This document shows, one piece after another, positions 10,401-17,634 of a DNA stretch of 59,609 bases. The stretch's first letter is position 1. The number at the start of each line of letters is the position of its first letter. Made by a program: the position numbers and the translations under genes. The stretch lies in NCBI GenBank assembly GCA_964555875.1, contig CAZKUD010000002.1:1-59609 (forward strand). Direction: 5' to 3'. The DNA is from an uncultured archaeon. Lineage in GTDB: Archaea > Aenigmatarchaeota > Aenigmatarchaeia > QMZP01. Under the pieces are notes generated by a model. That model had not been told where the DNA came from. It searched no databases and saw only the letters and a program-made list of their open reading frames with translations.

Positions 10401-10908
10401 GCTGGAGGGTGTTTGGCATCATGTTGTCGCTGCAGTTCAGGTCGAACCAGTAGGACGGGTTGGAGCTGTTCCAGTCATCGCTCGGCATCCAGCCAACCGT
10501 TGCAGTCGGGGGGACGGCATCCACAGTTATCACGTTTACTGAGGAGGTCTGCATGTCCGTGCCGTTGACGCATGTCACGTTCCAGAAGTGGGACATGTTG
10601 GATATGCTCACATTGGACTGGAGTATGGTGTTGACGCCTACCAGGGTCGTGGAATTGGTCGCCACCTCGGAATCGTCTATGAAAAGCAAACAGACTGCCG
10701 TCGCATTGTCGCCCGCATAGTTGAACTCGAACTGTATGGTGTCATTGTTGCCTGTTGTCCAGCTGGTGTCCGCGGGGGACACGAGGTTCACGGCGTCCAG
10801 GCCCGCAGCAAAGACTGGGAGAACGTAAAAAATGAAAGCCGTGCATAATAGAGCAAACGCGCCTATACCTACCCCGAATTTAGCTAGCCCCACCAAGCCC
10901 TTTCTCAT
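4465..10908 (-). CDS. Giant (2147 aa) membrane-anchored surface glycoprotein: Ig-like repeats, parallel beta-helix (NosD-like), PGF-pre-PGF-like domain, TSP1-like and Cys-rich modules, C-terminal TM
   Basis: N-terminal signal/TM, dozens of N-x-S/T sequons, repeated YANDSAGN motifs, NN/GI-rich beta-helix segment, WECEDWSACL...RFC, CSDGILNGDESDVDCGGSC, terminal LLYGVVAVVAILVILAAAYFLTKR. Confidence 0.93.
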   Translation of the reverse strand: MRKGLVGLAKFGVGIGAFALLCTAFIFYVLPVFAAGLDAVNLVSPADTSWTTGNNDTIQFEFNYAGDNATAVCLLFIDDSEVATNSTTLVGVNTILQSNVSISNMSHFWNVTCVNGTDMQTSSVNVITVDAVPPTATVGWMPSDDWNSSNPSYWFDLNCSDNMMPNTLQLWGNWTGTWHANQTNTSPVDSAMWTAEVDGLPEGQHVWGAYCNDSAGNEDWSDANRTLTVDMTPPSSVNFVYPTPDNLTCRAVNWTYVNVTVTDALTPITGCILEVSKMYNITMTRVGSGKSVSCWHNMTYMFEGSTSFVVYANDSAMKWGGSGYVYNFNASEEREVIVDETNPIATVGEPVQPVEGHNTSSSSVTFGLNCSDSNPNTLQLWGNWTGTWHLNQTNSSPHNDVIWNVTVDGIQEGTWIWGVYCNDSAGNSDWSDINGTFTVDQTGPSVSYLVSSIPPIDDANLSQEWAFVNVSVSDGVSVSDCLLEWDGTNYTMGKADTVSGGAICWYNKTDSDGTHTYKVYANDTLNNFGNESVRNVTLDTSPPSSVSFVYPTPDNNTYRNVNWTYVNVTVTDAATAVTGCILEMYNNNYTMARVGSGNSVNCWINITNLNQALYDYRVYANDSVGTNGNFNVSETRQFTTDETPPTATLDWMPSDDWNSSNPSYWFDLNCSDNMMPNTLQLWGNWTGTWHANQTNTSPVDSAMWTAEVDGLPEGQHVWGAYCNDSAGNEDWSDANRTLTVDMTPPSSVNFVYPTPDNLTCRAVNWTYVNVTVTDALTPITGCILEVSKMYNITMTRVGSGKSVSCWHNMTYMFEGSTSFVVYANDSAMKWGGSGYVYNFNASEEREVIVDETNPVVMMILPMNMWYNHNFVINASVIDTGSGTHTVAYRWENSTHNGPWTAMSQDGNFWNATFDITGVPDGAYNITIFANDSANNVNNTEMVELGIDDTAPGLSWNSPSDSDVLTGNVTVNYTVDDSTSGWDYATFNSYCGGDMQAMFTSTIINATADYETGWWDTSTAGQGSCVLQILANDSAGNFNNANITVTVDNIPPTFVHAWLNDTDYFYSTASGNNVVHLVANVTDGESGVANVTANFTFDDASVNMTPMGGGYYNASYTVTGADYDFEGFNTTIMAYDNANNPLPMIGMSSNPVILYNFTVPPSEQSGCEAFGALTTNLSTELDFDSINFIIDIFLNRTQSCGFQTEQGYLRSALLNMSSINMSDPATGQALDNLGDAISVTVYPPFSYGDSYIYVNTTAFAALNTTTTITLYYLPFKSTPAVLADAGAAGVNSSTISYDGENLTFQVYGFSGYSASDTQNPVVTFITPQNGSSTNNDMPPVNVSFNGTGTAINNATILVQVQGQGYTIDNMTCNMYDDYEYYVCNFTSPTLGSGWNAMTAYAEDYGGMSGHNATAATSIYVDVIPPDITIYNPSSGSTLYSYLNGLNYSASDINLDSCWYSINEGPNTSLDSCANVSSIDLSSYGGVSNITVYANDSYTNLGLTTTVFTELCGHTLTSGFTMSQDLLCDDNALALGSSGITLDCAGHKISHTSWDHFTGGQDYGIQANGIDSLTITDCIVDGFSSGIYLVNSVGHTITGNTLYNNYALAVSGIYIENVNGSTISHNNASHCDTGIHIVNSNSNTVYNNTVSFNTRTPKTGIYLQTNSKDNTIDQNTILNNTDYGIRLAIGSTGNTISDNIIRYTDSGPAIHASGSSSATATGNTICDNSQGIVTASGGSVTATGNSFCVKLKSPVNDHILTASGNVNFIFYPTNLVNNSASNNCTLYIDNLANESKAYSAVTDNANSTFANVYTTLAFHRWYVRCNDSNSNVGLSDTWSLLATNYSDTYNTTASTTAGNEYSINQSTTGMNSALDIVTDQNESVPVTMNEFNSNPTTSAFGVQELGRYVSISTGMTSLSYAIIKIYYTDAEVSAQNLDESSLRIHYYNATSDSWSAYDPPDGGVDTANNYVWANTTHFSLWGIGGSTAAAAAAAAEESTTTPPSPCSIVWECEDWSACLPNGTQHRFCENTGTCSTKDKTEERACEYVPPATCSDGILNGDESDVDCGGSCLPCADGMRCVTDADCAGSCGNDGFCYTPAEAPVQQEEAPSTAAPVAQPEPLADYLLYGVVAVVAILVILAAAYFLTKR
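8348..8980. repeat. Copy A of a 633-bp intragenic direct repeat
   Basis: Matches 9881-10513 (offset 1533 bp = 511 codons); reads identical over 8348-8959, with 2 mismatches in the last 21 bp. Confidence 0.95.
9881..10513. repeat. Copy B of the 633-bp intragenic direct repeat
   Basis: Same 200+ aa block (DWMPSDDWNSSNPSYW...EEREVIVDETNP) appears twice in the translation. Confidence 0.95.
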
Positions 10909-11110
10909 TCTCCCTCCTGAGCAGTCTGGTTATAACAACTAATTTTTGGTTTAAGGGTTAATAAATAAACTCACAGAAAGGTTTGGATTTTCTTTGTTAA
11001 TCATTTCATAAGTAATATAATAACTGACAAAACCCTGCCTGTTTAACAGGCGGTTTGCCGGAATCTTTTTAAGCCCGGAGGGACAATTAAGGGATATTGG
11101 GTGACGCAAT

Positions 11111-11170
11111 ATGACTATAATAAGTGACGGACTGGATATGGCGCTTGCTTACCCAAAGGTCGGCTTCTGA
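11111..11170 (+). CDS. Putative 19-aa leader/uORF peptide MTIISDGLDMALAYPKVGF
   Basis: GGTGA SD-like motif 6 nt before the ATG; ends 47 nt before the probable ABC ATPase start at 11218. Confidence 0.35.
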   Translation: MTIISDGLDMALAYPKVGF

Positions 11171-11217
11171 GCTTCCGTCCCTGACGGGCTCCATATATCG
11201 TTCTTCAGGTGTGTGAC

Positions 11218-12174
11218 ATGGCTCTCGCGATTGAGGTTTCCGGGTTGAAAAAGAATTTCAGGGAAAAGGGAAGGGACAGCTGGGCTGTCAGGGGCATAGG
11301 CCTGAAGGTGAAGAAGGGTGAGATATACGGCTTCCTGGGCCCGAACGGGGCGGGAAAGTCCACCACCATCTTCATGCTGTCCACCCTGGTGGCCCCCACC
11401 TCAGGGAGGGCCAGGGTTCTCGGCCATGACATAGTGGAGGAGGCGAATGACATCAGGAAGAAGATGGGCATATGCGTTTCAGGGACCCAGTTCTACTATG
11501 AGTTCTATCCCAGGGAGATACTGCACTATTACGGCATGCTGTTCGGCATGGGCAGGAAGGAGAGGAATGCGAAAGCAGACGAGCTGATGGCAGCCCTGGA
11601 CATAAACCCCTTCAAGGACAAGTATTTCGGTGACCTGTCCACGGGCATGAAGCAGAAAGTGGCGATAGCCAAGTCCCTCATGAACAGCCCTGAGGTGCTC
11701 TTCCTGGACGAGCCGACTGCAGGCCTGGATGTGGAGGTGGCGAGGGACATAAGGCAGTACATAGCTGACCTGGCGAAGGACACGGGCATGACCGTCCTGC
11801 TCACGTCCCACCAGCTGTACGAGGTGGAGGAGATGTGCAGGGACATATCCGTCATCAACAGGGGCAGGATAATAGCAGAGGGCGGAATCAAGAGGATAAG
11901 GGAGAGGATGGGCTTCCCGGATGTTGTCAGGCTCTACCTGGACAAATATACTGGCCTGAAGTTCCTGGGCGGCATGAAGGGCGTGCTGGACTGGGAGGTG
12001 AACGACGGGCTCAGGATAGAGGCTGTGTCAAGCCCGAGCGCAGTGCCCGAGATAATCAGGACCCTGCAGAAGAGAAGGTACAGGATAATGGACATGGAGG
12101 TCACGAAGGCGAGCCTGGAGGACATGTTCATGAAGATAGTGAAGGAGAAAGGGAGGCGGAAGTATGTGGAATGA
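11218..12174 (+). CDS. ABC-2 type exporter ATP-binding protein (DrrA/CcmA-like)
   Basis: Walker A GPNGAGKST, signature LSTGMKQK, Walker B FLDEP, H-loop TSH; start at 11218 or GTG 11209. Confidence 0.95.
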   Translation: MALAIEVSGLKKNFREKGRDSWAVRGIGLKVKKGEIYGFLGPNGAGKSTTIFMLSTLVAPTSGRARVLGHDIVEEANDIRKKMGICVSGTQFYYEFYPREILHYYGMLFGMGRKERNAKADELMAALDINPFKDKYFGDLSTGMKQKVAIAKSLMNSPEVLFLDEPTAGLDVEVARDIRQYIADLAKDTGMTVLLTSHQLYEVEEMCRDISVINRGRIIAEGGIKRIRERMGFPDVVRLYLDKYTGLKFLGGMKGVLDWEVNDGLRIEAVSSPSAVPEIIRTLQKRRYRIMDMEVTKASLEDMFMKIVKEKGRRKYVE

Positions 12175-12949
12175 GGCCAAGGCATACATATACAAGCACT
12201 GGCAGCTGAACAAGAGGTGGCCTGGGGAGACAGCCAACCTGCTGGTGTACCCCTTCATAGGCCTGCTCTCCATAGGGCTTTTCGCCATGTTCCTGCAGAA
12301 CCAGGGAGGAGCAGCCTCGGCCCTCCTGTTCGTGATGATAGGGGTCGTGTCCTGGAACTTCTATGAGCACTCCCAGAGGTCTGTCACATATGCGATGACG
12401 TTCGACATATGGGGCACGTGCCTCAAGCACGGGTACACCACAAGCGCCAGGACCAGGCACTTCATAATGGGGAATGCCATATGGGGCTTCGTGACATCGT
12501 GCTTCTCCCTGGTGACAGTGGGCCTGGTGGGCTGGGCAGCCTTCGGCATCAACATATTCGCAGGCGGGGCCTTCCTGATGGCGAACATGTTCTCCATCTT
12601 CCTGTTCGCCCTCGGGATAGGCATGATAGTGGACTTCCTTATGCTGCACAAGGGCATCAAGTGGATGTCCCTGATATGGATGATGACGGGGATACTCATG
12701 ATATTCTCTGGCGTGTACTACCCGATAGACATACTGCCGCTGCCTGCCAAGATGGTTTCCCTGGCGCTGCCCCCGACACATTCCATAATATCGCTGAGGG
12801 CTGCCATGGGGCTGGGCGAGGCCAGCGTGGTCGTGCCTGAGCTGCTGTGGGGGCTGGGCCTCTCGGTCCTGTTCCTGGCGATGGGCATGTTCCTGTACAA
12901 GGCTGGGATCGAGAAGGGGAAAAAGAACGGTATAATAACCAAGTTCTAA
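12164..12949 (+). CDS. ABC-2 type exporter permease
   Basis: Six hydrophobic segments, FSGVYYPIDILP motif, overlaps the ATPase gene. Confidence 0.9.
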   Translation: MWNEAKAYIYKHWQLNKRWPGETANLLVYPFIGLLSIGLFAMFLQNQGGAASALLFVMIGVVSWNFYEHSQRSVTYAMTFDIWGTCLKHGYTTSARTRHFIMGNAIWGFVTSCFSLVTVGLVGWAAFGINIFAGGAFLMANMFSIFLFALGIGMIVDFLMLHKGIKWMSLIWMMTGILMIFSGVYYPIDILPLPAKMVSLALPPTHSIISLRAAMGLGEASVVVPELLWGLGLSVLFLAMGMFLYKAGIEKGKKNGIITKF

Positions 12950-12971
12950 TTATTATAGAGGAAGCCATCCT

Positions 12972-13499
12972 ATGGGCTACTACATAATAATAAGGGGGCA
13001 TGCAGGGGCCGGCAAGACCACCATAGCGAAGGCAGTGGCCAAAAGGCTGGGAGCCCTGTACATATCGGTGGACAAGATACTGAAAGACCACGGGCTGGAC
13101 GTGATAGAGTACGACTGCATCAGCGAGAGGAACTTCGAGAGGGCGAACGAGATAGCGCTGAAGGAGGCTGTACCGGCCCTGGAGAAGGGCGGGACGGTGG
13201 TGTTCGACGGCAACTTCTACCACCTTTCCCAGCTGAAGCACCTCAAGAGGAGCCTTCCCCACAGGCACATGGTCTTCATGCTGAAGGCCAGCCTGGAAGA
13301 ATGCGTGAAGAGGGACAGGGAGCGGGCCCAAGGGAAGATAGGCGAGGACGCCATCAGGGCTGTCTACGGCCTGGTCGAGAGCGTGCAGGAAGGCGAGCAC
13401 ATAGAGACCGGCGGGAAGACTGAACAGCAAGTGGAAGAGAAGATAGTCTCACTGATCCCTGGCGATGCCCGGAAGCAGTCAGGATTAAGTAAACCCTGA
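12972..13499 (+). CDS. P-loop small-molecule/nucleotide kinase (AAA_33/gluconate-shikimate kinase-like)
   Basis: IIRGHAGAGKTT, VVFDGNF, lid motif ECVKRDRER. Confidence 0.8.
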   Translation: MGYYIIIRGHAGAGKTTIAKAVAKRLGALYISVDKILKDHGLDVIEYDCISERNFERANEIALKEAVPALEKGGTVVFDGNFYHLSQLKHLKRSLPHRHMVFMLKASLEECVKRDRERAQGKIGEDAIRAVYGLVESVQEGEHIETGGKTEQQVEEKIVSLIPGDARKQSGLSKP

Positions 13500-13583
13500 C
13501 GGCTGTTCAGGTTTACTGTATAAACACATAAAACGATATCCTTTGACCGATATTTATCAGTCAGCTGGGGGAATTATAATGAG

Positions 13584-13736
13584 ATGGACGGGTATGTTCT
13601 TCTGGGCGTCGGCGTCATCCTGGCAGCCATCGGCGGAAGCACGGTGGCATACCTCAAGCTCCTCAAGAAGAGGGTCAGGAAGTATGTCCTGAGGTACGAG
13701 AGGATAGAGAAATACTACAAAAAGGAGAAGGAATGA
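13584..13736 (+). CDS. 50-aa single-TM protein coupled to the rhomboid gene
   Basis: MDGYVLLGVGVILAAIGGSTVAYLKLLKKRVRKYVLRYERIEKYYKKEKE; ATGA overlap with 13733. Confidence 0.75.
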   Translation: MDGYVLLGVGVILAAIGGSTVAYLKLLKKRVRKYVLRYERIEKYYKKEKE

Positions 13737-14323
13737 AACAGGCATTGGCAGTGTCTTCAGTCTCCGGTGGGATAGCCCTCATGTGCGCTGCTGTGTTCTT
13801 CCTCGTGCCCGACTCCCTCGCCATGCTCGCGTTCTCCGGGTCGGCCTTCCTGCAGGGGGAGGCCTGGAGGCTTCTCACCTTCCCGTTCGCACACGTCAGC
13901 CTGCAGCACCTGCTGGAGAACATGATGGCGCTCGGGATAGCAGCCATGCTATCGTATGAGGTCGGGCTGAGGGGCAGGCATTTCATAGGCACTTTCCTCC
14001 TATCGGGCCTGTGCGTGGCGCTGGTGCAGACGCCCATAGTGCCCCTTGTGCCTGTCGCAGGCGCCTCACTCGGCATATACTCTGTCTTTGGCTCCCTCTC
14101 CATCAGGAGCTCCAACTTCATACCCAAGTACCTTTCGGTCCCCCTGCTGGGCACCCCTGTGTTCCTGATGTACACCATCAACATGCTCATGTCCCCTGCC
14201 GCAGCTGACGGGAGGGTGCTGCTCCAGCTCATCTTCCACCTGGCAGGGTTCGTTTCTGGCATACTCCTGTTCTACGGGTTCAGCTGGGTGGACAGGAAAA
14301 GGAAGAAGAGGTTACTCTCATGA
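13733..14323 (+). CDS. Rhomboid-family intramembrane serine protease
   Basis: WRLLTFPFAHVSLQHLLENM, GAS catalytic-Ser motif (GASLG), C-terminal His (FHLAGF). Confidence 0.88.
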   Translation: MKQALAVSSVSGGIALMCAAVFFLVPDSLAMLAFSGSAFLQGEAWRLLTFPFAHVSLQHLLENMMALGIAAMLSYEVGLRGRHFIGTFLLSGLCVALVQTPIVPLVPVAGASLGIYSVFGSLSIRSSNFIPKYLSVPLLGTPVFLMYTINMLMSPAAADGRVLLQLIFHLAGFVSGILLFYGFSWVDRKRKKRLLS

Positions 14324-14442
14324 TTCTGGTTTCAGGAGAGGATGCATGTGGTGCCATTCTTGTTTAAACAGATAGCAAGAAACGCTAAACTTTTGGAAAA
14401 GGCTTATATTGGTAAAGGCACATATTTTACATGTGACTTGAC

Positions 14443-14802
14443 ATGGCCAGGATCCTTGTGGTTGATGACGAAGAGGACGTCTTGGAGATGATACACCACA
14501 TACTGAAGAGGAGCGGCCACCATGTCACAACTGCCCGGAACGGGGCTGAATGTCTCACCAAGCTCAGGAAGGGGAAACCTGACCTGGTGCTTCTTGACAT
14601 AGTCATGCCGGGTATGTCAGGGTTTGACGTGCACAGGAAGATAAGGAAATACTACAGCGGCATGAAGGTCGCGTTCGTCAGCGTGCTGGACGTGACCCCC
14701 AGGAAGAGGAAGGAGCTCATGAAGGATGGCATACTGGACTACATAACCAAGCCCTTCGCACCGGACGAGCTTGTCTCCAGGGTCAACTCAATAATAGAAT
14801 GA
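14443..14802 (+). CDS. Stand-alone response regulator receiver
   Basis: VVDDEE, LDIVMP phosphoacceptor, YITKPF. Confidence 0.95.
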   Translation: MARILVVDDEEDVLEMIHHILKRSGHHVTTARNGAECLTKLRKGKPDLVLLDIVMPGMSGFDVHRKIRKYYSGMKVAFVSVLDVTPRKRKELMKDGILDYITKPFAPDELVSRVNSIIE

Positions 14803-14968
14803 GCCTACCTTTCTGTCAGCAGTATGAACAGCAGCACAGCAGACACGGCCATCCAGCCCGCGCTGAGCGGGACGGTTATGTGCGGCCCAGAGCCTCCGAA
14901 CTTGGCGGCCATCAGGATGAGGACTGAGAACAGAAGGAACAGCAGGCCCGCCTTGCTGAGGACGTCTT

Positions 14969-15706
14969 TCATTGCGCCTTCTTGCCAGACGCCTTGTGGA
15001 AGGGCTCCAGGTCAGGGTAGACCGTTATGCCGTCGTCCCTTATCTTGAGGGCCCTTATGCTTTCCGAATGGCCTATCCCCCTCATCTTGACTATGGACAC
15101 CGCCCGCTCGTACATGTTCTCGAACGGTATCCTGTGGAGGACTATCACGCCGTCCACCACGAACTCCTCGAAACCGTACCAGCTTATGCCCTTAGAGCCC
15201 TCGGGCACCTCGCACGTCAGGACTGTGGTGCAGTCCAGGGCGTCCAGGGTGGAGGTCAGTTCCGCGAGGGCCTTGCGCCTGTCCGAGTCTGTCTCAAAAA
15301 GCATGGTAAAGAGATTGACCGAGTCGAGGACAACCCTTTTCGCGCCGCTCTCCTCTATTATCTCCCTTATCTCCTTGGAGATGTCGAACATGTTCGCCCT
15401 GGTCCTGTCCTTGAAGAACTTGACGTGCCCGACAGGGCCTCCGACGAGGGTCAGCTTGCCTGATTTTTCTGCTTCCCCGAAATCTATCCCTATCTCCTTA
15501 AGGTCCTGCATGAGCCTCTTCTTGCCCTGCTCGAAGGTGACGTACAGGCAGGGCTCGCCTGACTTTATGCCCTCCCTTATGAACTGGGAAGCGAATATGG
15601 TCTTGCCGCATCCCGAGGAGCCTGACACCAGGAAGGTCCTGCCCCTCGGCAGGCCGCCCTTCAGCATCCTGTCCATTCCCTTTACCCCGGCCTTCACCCT
15701 GTCCAT
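14969..15706 (-). CDS. Single-domain KaiC-like (RAD55/ArlH clade) ATPase
   Basis: LKGGLPRG, SGSSGCGKT, YVTFEQ, RVVLDS, FVVDGVIVLH, IVKMRG. Confidence 0.92.
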   Translation of the reverse strand: MDRVKAGVKGMDRMLKGGLPRGRTFLVSGSSGCGKTIFASQFIREGIKSGEPCLYVTFEQGKKRLMQDLKEIGIDFGEAEKSGKLTLVGGPVGHVKFFKDRTRANMFDISKEIREIIEESGAKRVVLDSVNLFTMLFETDSDRRKALAELTSTLDALDCTTVLTCEVPEGSKGISWYGFEEFVVDGVIVLHRIPFENMYERAVSIVKMRGIGHSESIRALKIRDDGITVYPDLEPFHKASGKKAQ

Positions 15707-15909
15707 CCAAACATGGTTTCAGCAATGGAGTTATTTAACCTTCCGTTGACTTGGATAATATTTTTCCCAGAGACCATTTACAAAGTGAAAACCGGTTTAC
15801 CGTCAGGTTCACATTTTTCAGCCTATATTTACTTTGTTATCCGTGTGAGCACCCTGGTTGACAGGGTAAACGGAACTATTATATGCGAAGCTGACGCTGT
15901 TTCTAACAC

Positions 15910-17634
15910 ATGGCAAAGAAAGGACGGGCAGCCCCGGGAAGGATTAGCACTGCAAGGAAGGCCCTGAAAGACAGCAGGAGGCTTTCCGGAGGCATCCTGA
16001 GGGACGCGAAGAGGCTGAAGGACACGGAGAAGAAGCTCCTCGAGTCCGAGAGAGAGAAGAAAGCCATACTGGACTCCCTGTCAGAGCTCGTCATCTACCT
16101 TGACATGGACTTCAGGACCATGTGGGCGAACAGGTCCGCCAAGAAGGCTGCCAGACCGCTGTCCAGGAAGCTGGTGGGCAGGAAGTGCTACGAGGTCTGG
16201 GGGAGGCGGAAGTCGCCCTGCCCGGGATGCCCCGTCAGGAAGGCGTTCAGGACAGGGAAGCCGGAGCAGGCCGAGATTGGGACGCCTGACGGAAGGGTCT
16301 GGTCCATCCGGGGGAACCCGGTGAGGGGCAAAGGAAAGATCATCGGCGCGGTGGAGATAATAGATGAAATCACCAAGAAGAAGGAGGCAGACAAGGCCCT
16401 GAAGGAGAGCGAGGAGAAGCTGTCGACCATGATAAAGAAGAGCCCGATCCCGACTGCAATCGGCGGCTCGGACGGCTCGATAATATCTTTCAATGAGGCC
16501 CTGGAACGGCTTATAGGATACAGGCAGTCCGAGATAAAGAACGTCAGGGAATGGTCAAGGAAGCTGTATCCCGACAGGAAATACCGGGAATCCGTGGAAA
16601 GGAACATAAAACAGGCCCTGGCAGGAAAGAGGCAGGAATGCTCTGTGTTCAATGTCACGTGCAAGGACGGCTCCACAAAGACAATAGAATTCCACACGTC
16701 ATTCTTCAGTGAAGGCCTCATAATACAGATGGTCGACGTGACAGAGAAGAAGGGGGCAGAAAAAAGGCTGAAGGAAAGCGAGGAGAAATGGAGGTCGCTC
16801 ACAGAGAACGTGCCGTCAATACTGTTCGCCACTGACAGGAAAGGCAGGATAACGTTCATAAACAGGACCGTCTCAGGCTTCTCTGTAGACAAGGTGATAG
16901 GGAAGAGCATATACGATTACATAAACCCTGAATACCATGGGAAGGTGAAGAAAGCCATGAAGAGTGTGCTGGAGACAGGGAAGCCCGAAAGTTATGAGAA
17001 CCTCGCCTCGGGTCCCCACGGGGAGGACAGGTGGTATTCCACCACCATCAGCCCCCTCATGAGGGGGGGAAAGAGGGTGGGCATAGTTCAGATTGCCACT
17101 GACATAACCGGGAGGAAGAAGGCAGAGAAGATTATCAGGGAGAGCGAGGAGAGGCACAAGTCGATACTGGACGGGGCCAACGACGGGGTACTGGTGGCGG
17201 ACGTCAGGACCAGGAAGTTCGTGTTCGCCAACCCGAGAATATGCGAGATGACAGGGTATCCCATCAAGGAACTAATGAGCATGAACGTCGGCATGATACA
17301 CCCGAAGAAGGATGTGGCCAGGATAGGCAGGATATTCAGGAAACAGATAAAAGGCGAGATTGGGATGGCGAGGGACCTGCCTGTGCTGAGGAAGGACGGA
17401 AAGATAATATACTGCGACATAAACTCCAAGCTCGTGGAGATAAACGACAGGGACTGCCTGGTGGGCTTCTTCAGGGACATAACGGACAAGAAGAAGTCGG
17501 ACGAGGAGCTCAGGAAAAGGACAGAAGAGCTCGAGAGGTTCAACAGGCTGGCTGTCGGAAGGGAGCTCAAGATGATGGAGCTGAAGAAGAAGGTGAAGGA
17601 GCTGGAGTCCAGGCTTGACGGAAAAGGGAAGTGA
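15910..17634 (+). CDS. Cytoplasmic multi-PAS (4 PAS/PAC) sensor ending in a coiled coil, with no kinase domain
   Basis: Four PAS-PAC units (WAN, SFN, FIN, FANP...DIT); first PAS carries CYEVW...CPGCP; C-terminus GRELKMMELKKKVKELE. Confidence 0.92.
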   Translation: MAKKGRAAPGRISTARKALKDSRRLSGGILRDAKRLKDTEKKLLESEREKKAILDSLSELVIYLDMDFRTMWANRSAKKAARPLSRKLVGRKCYEVWGRRKSPCPGCPVRKAFRTGKPEQAEIGTPDGRVWSIRGNPVRGKGKIIGAVEIIDEITKKKEADKALKESEEKLSTMIKKSPIPTAIGGSDGSIISFNEALERLIGYRQSEIKNVREWSRKLYPDRKYRESVERNIKQALAGKRQECSVFNVTCKDGSTKTIEFHTSFFSEGLIIQMVDVTEKKGAEKRLKESEEKWRSLTENVPSILFATDRKGRITFINRTVSGFSVDKVIGKSIYDYINPEYHGKVKKAMKSVLETGKPESYENLASGPHGEDRWYSTTISPLMRGGKRVGIVQIATDITGRKKAEKIIRESEERHKSILDGANDGVLVADVRTRKFVFANPRICEMTGYPIKELMSMNVGMIHPKKDVARIGRIFRKQIKGEIGMARDLPVLRKDGKIIYCDINSKLVEINDRDCLVGFFRDITDKKKSDEELRKRTEELERFNRLAVGRELKMMELKKKVKELESRLDGKGK

